Below, in pieces: positions 7,319 to 14,928 of a stretch of 64,000 nucleotides of DNA. The position numbers and the translations under genes were made by a program. Source of the stretch: Bacteroidota bacterium (GTDB taxonomy: Bacteria; Bacteroidota; Bacteroidia; Bacteroidales; FEN-979); the NCBI GenBank assembly GCA_037137455.1, contig JBAXKG010000001.1, positions 64,418-128,417 on the forward strand, given 5' to 3'. Position 1 is the first letter of the stretch; each line of letters starts with the position of its first letter. The notes beneath the pieces were generated by a model that worked only from the letters and a program-made list of their open reading frames with translations, searched no databases and was not told where the DNA came from.

Positions 7319-8637
7319 AATGCAAAGTTATTGCAAATAGCAAATAAATCAAAGCTTTCGGCTCTTGTAATTTTAACATCGCAGAATGATCCAGGAATAA
7401 GGATTTTATCTTTTTTAGATATTAATACTTCGTTATCTACTTCAGGAGAATCGTACTCTGAGCGGGCAACATAGAAGTCCCCTTCCAGTCGTTCCACCAG
7501 AACTTTTATTGTTTGCCCTACCTTTTCCTGGTTTAGTGACAAAGATATTCCCTCTTGAACTGACATCAGTTCTTCAGCACGTTCCATTTTACGCTTTGCA
7601 GGAACGGAATCTTTAAGTTTATAGGCGCCGGTATCCTCCTCATGGGAGTATGAAAACACGCCAAGTCTGTCGAAACGGTACTCTTCAATAAAAGTCTTTA
7701 GTTCCCTGAATTCCTTATCGGTTTCACCCGGATATCCGGCAATAAGAGTGGTTCTGATGGCCACTTCAGGTATTGACTTACGGATTTTATCGATGAGTTT
7801 ACGGGTTGATAGGCCATCCATACCACGGTGCATCGATTTCAGGATACGATTGTTGATATGTTGCAATGGGATATCGATATAATTGCAAATGTTTGGATGT
7901 GAACTCACAATGTTGAGCAATTCAAGAGGAAATCCATCCGGGTAGGTATAATGCAGGCGGATCCATTCCAGTCCTTTCAAATTGGCCAGGGTATCGAGTA
8001 ATTCAGGAAGCAGGCGTTTCTTGTACAGGTCAATTCCGTAATAGGTTGTGTCCTGCGATATTATGTTAATCTCTTTAATGCCCGATGCTACCAAATGTGA
8101 TGCTTCGCTAACTATATCCTCAATTGGCCTGCTGACATGCTTCCCTCTTATCATTGGTATTGCGCAAAATGAGCACTTTCGGTCGCATCCTTCTGCAATT
8201 TTAAGATAAGCATAATTTGAAGGAGTGGAAATTTTTCGCTCACCTACAAGTTGTTTTTTATAGGTACCTCCGATATGGCTGATTATTTGTTTGAGGTTAT
8301 TTACACCGAAGAAGGCATCCACTTCAGGAATATCGAACTGTAATTCAGACTTATAGCGTTCGGAAAGACACCCCATCACATATACATGATCAATAAGGCC
8401 ATGCTGTTTTGCATGAACATATTGCAAAATAGTATCAATAGATTCCTGTTTGGCATCGTTAATAAACCCACATGTATTGATAATTGCGGTATCAATTTGT
8501 TTATAATCGACCGGATCGACTACAAGTTCGAATCTGTTCTCTTCCAATTGTCTCATAAGAAGTTCGGAATCAACCAGATTTTTGGCACACCCCAGTGATA
8601 CCAACCCGATTCTGTGAGGCCCTGATTTTGTTTTCAA
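7315..8637 (-). CDS. rimO: Ribosomal protein S12 methylthiotransferase RimO (radical SAM, MiaB family, TRAM domain)
   Basis: Contains GLVSLGCAKNLVDSE, a radical-SAM CSFCAIP cluster motif and a C-terminal TRAM-like domain. The tracked ORF runs to 8874 but overlaps ftsY. An in-frame TTG at 8635-8637 gives MKTKSGPHRIGLVSLGC..., a typical RimO N-terminus. Confidence 0.85.
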   Translation of the reverse strand: MKTKSGPHRIGLVSLGCAKNLVDSELLMRQLEENRFELVVDPVDYKQIDTAIINTCGFINDAKQESIDTILQYVHAKQHGLIDHVYVMGCLSERYKSELQFDIPEVDAFFGVNNLKQIISHIGGTYKKQLVGERKISTPSNYAYLKIAEGCDRKCSFCAIPMIRGKHVSRPIEDIVSEASHLVASGIKEINIISQDTTYYGIDLYKKRLLPELLDTLANLKGLEWIRLHYTYPDGFPLELLNIVSSHPNICNYIDIPLQHINNRILKSMHRGMDGLSTRKLIDKIRKSIPEVAIRTTLIAGYPGETDKEFRELKTFIEEYRFDRLGVFSYSHEEDTGAYKLKDSVPAKRKMERAEELMSVQEGISLSLNQEKVGQTIKVLVERLEGDFYVARSEYDSPEVDNEVLISKKDKILIPGSFCDVKITRAESFDLFAICNNFAL

Positions 8638-8647
8638 AAGGTCGTGA

Positions 8648-9598
8648 TTAGTTAAACAGGCTATCAACAAATTCAACGCGGTTGAACACCTGGAGGTCTT
8701 CGATGCCTTCGCCAACGCCAATATATTTAACGGGGATTTTGAATTGGTCGGATATACCGATAACAACGCCTCCTTTTGCCGTACCATCAAGTTTAGTAAG
8801 TGCAAGGGCATTGACTTCGGTAGCGGCAGTAAACTGTTTGGCCTGTTCAAATGCATTTTGACCGGTGGATGCATCGAGTATCAGCAGCACCTCTTGTGGA
8901 GCATCGGGAATCAGTTTCTGAATGACTTTACGGATTTTTGAAAGTTCATTCATAAGGTTAATTTTGTTGTGAAGGCGTCCGGCCGTGTCGATGATCACAA
9001 CATCCATATCCCGGGCAATGGCTGATTTTACTGCATCATAAGCCACAGAGGCAGGATCGGCTCCCATGCCCTGGTTCACGATAGGAACCCCTACCCTTTC
9101 AGCCCAGATGGTTATTTGTTCAACAGCAGCTGCTCTAAAGGTATCGGCAGCGCCTATCAGGACTGATTTTCCCGATTTTTTGAACTGGTACGCTAATTTT
9201 CCTATCGTAGTTGTTTTTCCTACGCCATTGACACCAACTACCATTATGACGTAAGGTTTCTTATCATCAGGAATAGAAAATTCGGTAGAATCCTGGATAT
9301 TACTTTCTTGTAACAATGAAACAATTTCCTCTTTAAGCAGATTATTAAGTTCGCTTGTTCCAATGTATTTCTCATTTGATGCACGCTTTTGAATGCGTTC
9401 AATAATCCGAAGGGTGGTTTCGACACCCACATCTGAAGTAACAAGGATCTCTTCAAGGTTATCGAGTACTTCATCGTCAACTGTAGATTTGCCAACTATG
9501 GCTTTTGAAATCCGGGTAAAGATGCTCGATTTAGTTTTTTGAAGTCCATGGTCGAGACGTTCTTTTTTCTCCCGGGAAAAGATGTTGAAAAAACCCAT
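8648..9598 (-). CDS. ftsY: Signal recognition particle receptor FtsY
   Basis: SRP GTPase motifs GVNGVGKTTTIGKLA, DTAGR and TKLDG. Confidence 0.95.
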   Translation of the reverse strand: MGFFNIFSREKKERLDHGLQKTKSSIFTRISKAIVGKSTVDDEVLDNLEEILVTSDVGVETTLRIIERIQKRASNEKYIGTSELNNLLKEEIVSLLQESNIQDSTEFSIPDDKKPYVIMVVGVNGVGKTTTIGKLAYQFKKSGKSVLIGAADTFRAAAVEQITIWAERVGVPIVNQGMGADPASVAYDAVKSAIARDMDVVIIDTAGRLHNKINLMNELSKIRKVIQKLIPDAPQEVLLILDASTGQNAFEQAKQFTAATEVNALALTKLDGTAKGGVVIGISDQFKIPVKYIGVGEGIEDLQVFNRVEFVDSLFN

Positions 9599-9617
9599 AA
9601 AACGATTTTTTATATAT

Positions 9618-9650
9618 AAAAAAAGCTTTTTCCCGGAGAAAAAAGCTTTT
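9618..9650 (-). terminator. AT-rich hairpin (possible terminator or attenuator) between the DUF4295 gene and ftsY
   Basis: Inverted repeat aaaaaaagctttttc / gagaaaaaagctttt with one bulge. It is followed by a U-run on the minus strand. Confidence 0.35.
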
Positions 9651-9670
9651 CAGTTGGAATAAAAGTTGAT

Positions 9671-9832
9671 TTAGTTTTCTTTGTTTGCCAAAAAATCTTT
9701 AAGCATTTCGTTAGCAACAATTGTTTCTTTAAATACAAAAGCTCCTGATTTTGGAGATTTAACCATGCGGATTACTTTAGTAAAATCTTTTCCTGATGTA
9801 GCTTTAAACGAAGCAACTACTTTCTTTGCCAT
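9671..9832 (-). CDS. DUF4295-family small protein (53 aa), below the ORF-track size cut-off
   Basis: Hand-translated as MAKKVVASFKATSGKDFTKVIRMVKSPKSGAFVFKETIVANEMLKDFLANKEN. It sits 8 nt downstream of rpmG, the usual Bacteroidetes position for this family. Confidence 0.7.
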   Translation of the reverse strand: MAKKVVASFKATSGKDFTKVIRMVKSPKSGAFVFKETIVANEMLKDFLANKEN

Positions 9833-9840
9833 ATCCTAAG

Positions 9841-10029
9841 TTATTTAATTTCTTTATGAACAGTAATTTTCTTTAAATATGAATTGTACTTTTTCAGTTC
9901 AATTCGTTCAGGAGTATTTTTTTTGTTTTTAGTTGTAATGTATCTTGAGATGCCGGGAATACCGCTTGTCTTTTGTTCAGTACATTCTAAAATAACCTGA
10001 ATCCGTTGGTCTTTGCTCTTTTTTGCCAT
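9841..10029 (-). CDS. rpmG: 50S ribosomal protein L33
   Basis: 62 aa. The motif [22 protein letters not shown]...VHKEIK is canonical L33. Confidence 0.95.
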   Translation of the reverse strand: MAKKSKDQRIQVILECTEQKTSGIPGISRYITTKNKKNTPERIELKKYNSYLKKITVHKEIK

Positions 10030-10057
10030 CTTCTGACTTCTTTATTTTTCGGGACTG

Positions 10058-10065
10058 CAAAAGTA
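10058..10065 (-). promoter_or_regulatory. -7 promoter box (TACTTTTG) upstream of rpmG
   Basis: Matches TAnnTTTG on the minus strand, 28 nt before the rpmG ATG. Confidence 0.4.
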
Positions 10066-10157
10066 AATCATTTCACTGAAAAAACAAAAATTATTTATGA
10101 ATATTTCATACTTTTATTTCATAATTAAATAAACTCTATATCATTAAAGATCAGGCC

Positions 10158-11069
10158 TTGGGTATTTGGAATTCATACATGCATGGTTTTAAGGCACATC
10201 TTCAGCTTGAGAAATCGTTATCAAGGAACTCCGTGGAGGCTTACCTTCATGATGTGGCAAAGATAACCCAATTTCTTGAGATTCAGGGTTTATTGCTAGG
10301 CCCGGAAAAATTGGAATTTCATCATTTTCAGGCATTTTTAAAATGGATCACCGGATTAGGCATGACTGCGCGGACGCAGGCGCGTGTGATTTCGGGAATA
10401 CGAGCATTTTACCGCTACCTTTTAATGGAAAATGTGATCAGCAAAGATCCCACTGAAATGCTTGAGTCGCCGAAAATTGGAATGAAACTACCAGTTACGC
10501 TTAATGTGGATGAGATCGACCAGCTGATCGGCAAAATCGATTTGAGTAAACCAGAGGGCAAGCGAAACAAGGCTATGATAGAAACTCTTTATGGTTGCGG
10601 ACTTCGTGTATCAGAGCTGGTTAACTTAAAAATATCCAATCTCTTCATTGATGAAGGTTTTATCAAAGTGACAGGAAAAGGCAATAAGGAGCGCCTTGTT
10701 CCACTTGGAAGCATAGCGCAGGCTGAAATTTTATTTTATCTATCAGACGTCAGGCCCCATATTCCGGTTAAAGGAGGACACGAGGACATTTTATTTCTGA
10801 ACCGGCGTGGTACAGGGCTTACACGCGTGATGATTTTCACAATCATTAAGAGAATTGTAATCCTGGCTGGTATAAAAAAAAGGATTAGTCCGCACACTTT
10901 TCGGCACTCCTTTGCCACTCACCTGGTAGAAGGAGGAGCTGATCTTCGCGCGGTGCAGGAGATGCTGGGACATGAATCGATCACCACAACGGAAATATAT
11001 ACTCATCTCGATCGGGATTATTTAAGAAGTACGATAATTCAGTTTCATCCGAGAAATATAAATGAGTGA
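10158..11069 (+). CDS. xerD: Site-specific tyrosine recombinase XerD
   Basis: N-terminal SAM-like domain (LQLEKSLSRNSVEAYLHDV). Catalytic residues lie in GLRVSEL, HTFRHSFATHL, LGHESITTTEIYTH. Confidence 0.85.
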   Translation: MGIWNSYMHGFKAHLQLEKSLSRNSVEAYLHDVAKITQFLEIQGLLLGPEKLEFHHFQAFLKWITGLGMTARTQARVISGIRAFYRYLLMENVISKDPTEMLESPKIGMKLPVTLNVDEIDQLIGKIDLSKPEGKRNKAMIETLYGCGLRVSELVNLKISNLFIDEGFIKVTGKGNKERLVPLGSIAQAEILFYLSDVRPHIPVKGGHEDILFLNRRGTGLTRVMIFTIIKRIVILAGIKKRISPHTFRHSFATHLVEGGADLRAVQEMLGHESITTTEIYTHLDRDYLRSTIIQFHPRNINE

Positions 11070-11078
11070 ATGAGTGAG
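11061..11078. repeat. Tandem octamer micro-repeat (aatgagtg x2) overlapping the xerD stop
   Basis: Direct reading: aatgagtg aatgagtg ag. Confidence 0.7.
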
Positions 11079-11101
11079 TCGGGTTTGAAAACGTGCTTCC
11101 T

Positions 11102-11133
11102 GTTTACCCGCATGCCTACTTACCCGTTTACTT
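11102..11133. repeat. Degenerate 8-nt periodic micro-repeat overlapping the SDR gene stop
   Basis: Direct reading: gtttaccc gcatgcct acttaccc gtttactt. Confidence 0.55.
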
Positions 11134-11922
11134 AAAGGGCGAATTTGGTTCCCTGGCCATGTGGTTATAAACCATTTTATCCATGAATTTCGGGAAGAAT
11201 TTGTTCAGAAAAACAGTCATTTTTCCCTGAGTTGTCAGGATCAGGCGTTCCTTTTTTGTTTCAATTGCATGGATAATATGGACGGCCACCTGTTGAGCGG
11301 TCATAAGTCTGCCTTCATCGAGAGGGGTTTCACCCTGGGCAGTACCATCCTTTGATAACGCTGTTTTCCGGATATTCGAGGCAGTAAACCCGGGACATGC
11401 AATAAGTACATGCAATCCTTTTTTCATATTCTCAATGCGGATCACTTCCAGTAATCCCTGCATGGCAAATTTTGAGGCAGAATAACCTGTTCTTCCGGGA
11501 AGTCCTTTATAACCCGCGATTGATGACACTCCCACAAGCGATCCTTTTGATTCAAGCAGATAAGGCAGGGCAAATTTTGTACAATAAACTGTTCCCCAGA
11601 AGTTAGTATCCATAAGCTGACGGATAACATCAAGGTTTACTTCGGTAAAGAGCGCCCGCATTGAAATACCGGCATTGTTGATCAGCACATCGATGTGACC
11701 GAATTTTTCAATTGCTTTCTGAATCAGGGATTCGCAGTCTGATTCTTTAGTGACATCGGTATGGACATTGATTATGGTTGATGATATTTCAAAGATTTCA
11801 GGATCACAAACACCTGAACGCGATGCAAGTATAAGTTTTGCTCCCTTGCGGGCGCATTCGAAGGCAAGGGCTTTGCCAATTCCTGATGAGGCGCCGGTGA
11901 TGATGATTACTTTATCTTTCAT
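11128..11922 (-). CDS. SDR-family oxidoreductase
   Basis: TGASSGIGKA cofactor motif, NNAG, and the YSASK catalytic motif. Confidence 0.85.
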   Translation of the reverse strand: MKDKVIIITGASSGIGKALAFECARKGAKLILASRSGVCDPEIFEISSTIINVHTDVTKESDCESLIQKAIEKFGHIDVLINNAGISMRALFTEVNLDVIRQLMDTNFWGTVYCTKFALPYLLESKGSLVGVSSIAGYKGLPGRTGYSASKFAMQGLLEVIRIENMKKGLHVLIACPGFTASNIRKTALSKDGTAQGETPLDEGRLMTAQQVAVHIIHAIETKKERLILTTQGKMTVFLNKFFPKFMDKMVYNHMAREPNSPFK

Positions 11923-11931
11923 AGGACTTAT

Positions 11932-11955
11932 GATTGAGTAAGTGAATGAGTGAGC
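11932..11955. repeat. Degenerate octamer micro-repeat within the predicted 5' leader of the SDR gene
   Basis: Direct reading: gattgagt aagtgaat gagtgagc. It lies between the -7 box (11955-11962) and the ATG (11922). Confidence 0.65.
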
Positions 11956-11962
11956 AAATTTA
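11955..11962 (-). promoter_or_regulatory. -7 promoter box (TAAATTTG) for the SDR gene
   Basis: Matches TAnnTTTG on the minus strand, 32 nt before the ATG. Confidence 0.4.
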
Positions 11963-11982
11963 GTTATTCTGTGCTGATTTTA

Positions 11983-11990
11983 TATCTTTG
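11983..11990 (+). promoter_or_regulatory. -7 promoter box (TATCTTTG) for the aminotransferase gene
   Basis: Matches TAnnTTTG, 25 nt before the ATG at 12016. Confidence 0.4.
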
Positions 11991-12015
11991 GTGGGTATAA
12001 ACAAAAGGTTGATTG

Positions 12016-13209
12016 ATGACAGAGCGCGAACTGTTTTACCGGCACCTTGGATTGCCTTCATTTTACCCAATTGGGCTGGAGATTGTTAAGGCAGAGGGGA
12101 TTTATCTTTATTCAAGTTCGGGTGAGAAATACATTGATCTGGTGTCGGGAATCGCGGTAAGCAATACCGGTCATCGCCATCCAAAAGTGCTGGAAGCGAT
12201 ACGGGGTCAGCTTGAAAAGTACCTCCATTTGAATGTATATGGAGAGTTTATACAATCGCCTCAAGTTCGCCTTGCTGAGCGACTTACAAGTCTTTTGCCC
12301 GACAAGCTCGACTCTGTTTATTTTGTAAATTCTGGCAGTGAAGCGATTGAGGGGGCCTTAAAACTGGCCAAACGGTTCACGGGTCGTACTGAAATAATCT
12401 CTTTTATTGACTCCTATCATGGAAGTACGCAGGGGAGCTTAAGTATCATGGGAAATGAGACGCTGAAAAATGGATTCCGGCCTTTACTTCCTGATGTCAG
12501 ATCAATAGAGCTCAACAATTACTGTCATCTTGAAAAAATTACCACACAGACTGCCTGTGTAGTCATCGAATTGGTTCAGGCTGAAGCCGGGATCATAGCG
12601 GTGGAGGAATATTTCCTGCAGCAATTGAAAAAGCGATGCGCAAATAAGGGAGTTCTGATTGTTGTAGATGATGTACAAATGGGAATGGGCCGCACCGGCA
12701 AGCTTTTCAGTTTTGAACATTGGGATTTCTCTCCCGATATCCTTGTGCTTGCGAAGGCCTTGGGCGCCGGTATGCCGTTGGGCGCTTTTATTGCACCAAA
12801 GGAAATGATGGATACGCTTGCCTGCAACCCCGAATTGGGGCATATCACCACTTTTGGAGGCCACCCTGTAAGTTGTGCTGCAGCGCTTGCAGGGCTTGAT
12901 GTGCTGATATCGGAAGATCTCATTTCGAAGGTTGAGGAAAAGGGAAAAAAAATCGCTGACCGTGTGTCGGGCCATCCATCCATCGGAGGGTTACGCAGAG
13001 CAGGTCTTGCGTTCGGGGTTGACCTGGCAAATTTTGAAAAACGAGACTCATTTATGAAGGCAGCTTTAAAACATGGCCTGATTGTAGATTGGTATCTGTT
13101 TAAACCTGCAACATTTCGAATCGCTCCTCCACTGACAATAACTTCAGAAGAGATTGACCTTGCATGCGATAAGCTTTTACGTGCATTAGATGCAATAGAC
13201 AATTGTTGA
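12016..13209 (+). CDS. Class-III PLP-dependent aminotransferase (acetylornithine/ornithine aminotransferase-like)
   Basis: Motifs VNSGSEAIEGALKLA, DDVQMGMGRTGKLF and LAKALGAGMPLGA. Confidence 0.85.
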   Translation: MTERELFYRHLGLPSFYPIGLEIVKAEGIYLYSSSGEKYIDLVSGIAVSNTGHRHPKVLEAIRGQLEKYLHLNVYGEFIQSPQVRLAERLTSLLPDKLDSVYFVNSGSEAIEGALKLAKRFTGRTEIISFIDSYHGSTQGSLSIMGNETLKNGFRPLLPDVRSIELNNYCHLEKITTQTACVVIELVQAEAGIIAVEEYFLQQLKKRCANKGVLIVVDDVQMGMGRTGKLFSFEHWDFSPDILVLAKALGAGMPLGAFIAPKEMMDTLACNPELGHITTFGGHPVSCAAALAGLDVLISEDLISKVEEKGKKIADRVSGHPSIGGLRRAGLAFGVDLANFEKRDSFMKAALKHGLIVDWYLFKPATFRIAPPLTITSEEIDLACDKLLRALDAIDNC

Positions 13210-13282
13210 TTCTGGAAGTGGACATAACAAAACCAAATTGAAAAATAGGATATGACCAGTGACAATAATAGAATTGGCTCAA

Positions 13283-14305
13283 TTATTCGAATGGGTTTTT
13301 GTTGTTGAAGTCGGGGAGGTAGAACTCACTACTTTCGTTTTCCTGGATCCAGCCGTTGGACATTCCAAGTTTTTCCATTTCGTAAACCACTTGCGAGTAT
13401 TCATATTCTGAGAGTTTACGTCCAAGTTGGGGATGATTATGAACCTTTTTTGTCGGGTAATACTGCGCCATCAAAGAAACATGGATATTGGGTGAAATTT
13501 CTTCAGCAAGAAACCTTAGAACAGCAAGAGAATTTTGAACGTGGCCAGGTAGAACCAGGTGACGAACGATGATGCCTGAAGTGGCAGTTTGATCGATATC
13601 TGTTATCAGTGAGGCTCCTTTCTGACGAAACATCTCTTTTATTGCTTTCACGGCAAATTCAGGATAATCCTTCGCTCCGGAATATAGTCCGGCCAGATCA
13701 GTATCCATGTACTTGAAATCGGGAAGGTAAATATCAATTATCCCCTCAAGTTTTCTTAAGGTTTCAGCTTTATCATAACCGTTTGTATTGTAAACCCACA
13801 CCGGTTTGTAGCCAAGCGAATGAATGATATTGATAATTACACGCATCTGCGGAATGAAATGTGACGGAGAGACAAAACCTACCCTTTTAATTCCCTGATC
13901 GAGGATGGTTGTGATCTGAGAGATTACCTCAGGGAGGCCGATACTGAATGATGTACGGCTGATGCGGTTATCGCTGATCTGGTGATTCTGGCAATAAATG
14001 CATTGCAGGTTGCAGTTTGTAAAAAATATGTTGCAGATTCCATCCGTACCACTGATGGCTGGTTCTTCTCCCCTGTGGATACAGATTGAGGCGATGCTGA
14101 ACGAGTTATCGCTGTTGCAATAGCCTCCCCTTCTGATGTGCCGGTGTGCATGGCAATTTCGCGGGCACAACACACAATCTTCGAGTTCTTTCAGGGGGTC
14201 TTTAAAGGCATCGAAATTCAAGGCAGAGGATGGTTTTTTCGTTATTTTTGGCAGATCAACTGCAAAACTACGGATAAATGATGATTGAACTGAAGAACTA
14301 CTCAT
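13283..14305 (-). CDS. Radical SAM protein, PflX-like (pyruvate formate-lyase activase homologue family)
   Basis: N-terminal CVLCPRNCHAHR...GYCN cluster motif and a CNLQCIYCQN radical-SAM motif. Confidence 0.7.
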   Translation of the reverse strand: MSSSSVQSSFIRSFAVDLPKITKKPSSALNFDAFKDPLKELEDCVLCPRNCHAHRHIRRGGYCNSDNSFSIASICIHRGEEPAISGTDGICNIFFTNCNLQCIYCQNHQISDNRISRTSFSIGLPEVISQITTILDQGIKRVGFVSPSHFIPQMRVIINIIHSLGYKPVWVYNTNGYDKAETLRKLEGIIDIYLPDFKYMDTDLAGLYSGAKDYPEFAVKAIKEMFRQKGASLITDIDQTATSGIIVRHLVLPGHVQNSLAVLRFLAEEISPNIHVSLMAQYYPTKKVHNHPQLGRKLSEYEYSQVVYEMEKLGMSNGWIQENESSEFYLPDFNNKNPFE

Positions 14306-14928
14306 ACATCATCTGGGATTGGAACGGAACATTGCTCGATGATGCCTGGCTGTGTGTGGATGTGATGAATGGCATGCTGAAAGAGAGAGACCTGCCCTTA
14401 AGAACGGTTGAAGAGTACAGGGAATTATTCGATTTCCCGGTAAAGGATTATTATTTAAAGCTGGGTTATGACTTTGATAAAGAGCCATTTGACGTTGTGG
14501 GCATGGAGTTTATCAGACGTTATAACAAAAGACAGGTTGAAACAAAGCTGCATCCGGAGGTTCATGAGGCGCTTGCCCTATTTAAGAAGCATGGCTTTTC
14601 ACAGAATATCCTATCTGCCCGAGAACAAAATGAATTGATTTCCGAAACAAAGTCGTTGGGTGTTTTTGGTTACTTTGACCGGATCCGCGGCCTCGACGAC
14701 CATTATGCACACGGGAAAAACGATATTGGATTGCAACTTATTCAGGAGATAGGAGATAAAAAAGAAAAGATGTTGTTCATAGGTGATACACGGCACGATG
14801 CAGAAGTCGCCGCCGAAATCGGTATTGATTGTATCCTGGTTCCAAATGGACATCACAGTAATGAGCGTTTGCAGAAAATAAATGCACCATTAATCTCATC
14901 TCTGAAACACTTAATCGAAATGTTATGA
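14278..14928 (+). CDS. HAD-superfamily hydrolase (phosphoglycolate phosphatase-like)
   Basis: Motif I is IIWDWNGTLLDD (DxN rather than DxD), motif III is K in HGKND, and motif IV is GDTRHD. Confidence 0.75.
   Translation: MMIELKNYSYIIWDWNGTLLDDAWLCVDVMNGMLKERDLPLRTVEEYRELFDFPVKDYYLKLGYDFDKEPFDVVGMEFIRRYNKRQVETKLHPEVHEALALFKKHGFSQNILSAREQNELISETKSLGVFGYFDRIRGLDDHYAHGKNDIGLQLIQEIGDKKEKMLFIGDTRHDAEVAAEIGIDCILVPNGHHSNERLQKINAPLISSLKHLIEML

Noticed and set aside
8638-8874. The N-terminal 79 codons of tracked ORF 7315..8874 (rimO extension)
   Set aside because: The extension overlaps the 3' end of ftsY in another frame and has no RimO similarity. An in-frame TTG at 8635-8637 gives a canonical RimO N-terminus 10 nt after the ftsY stop.
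10158-11069. The tyrosine recombinase as a marker of an integrative mobile element
   Set aside because: Its size, N-terminal SAM-like domain and motif pattern fit chromosomal XerD. I see no flanking direct repeats, tRNA target, excisionase, transposase or cargo genes.
12576-13265. 229-aa minus-strand ORF (also 12502..12975) antisense to the aminotransferase gene
   Set aside because: It is a shadow ORF fully inside a well-supported PLP aminotransferase gene. Its composition is Ser/Pro/Ala-rich with no motifs.
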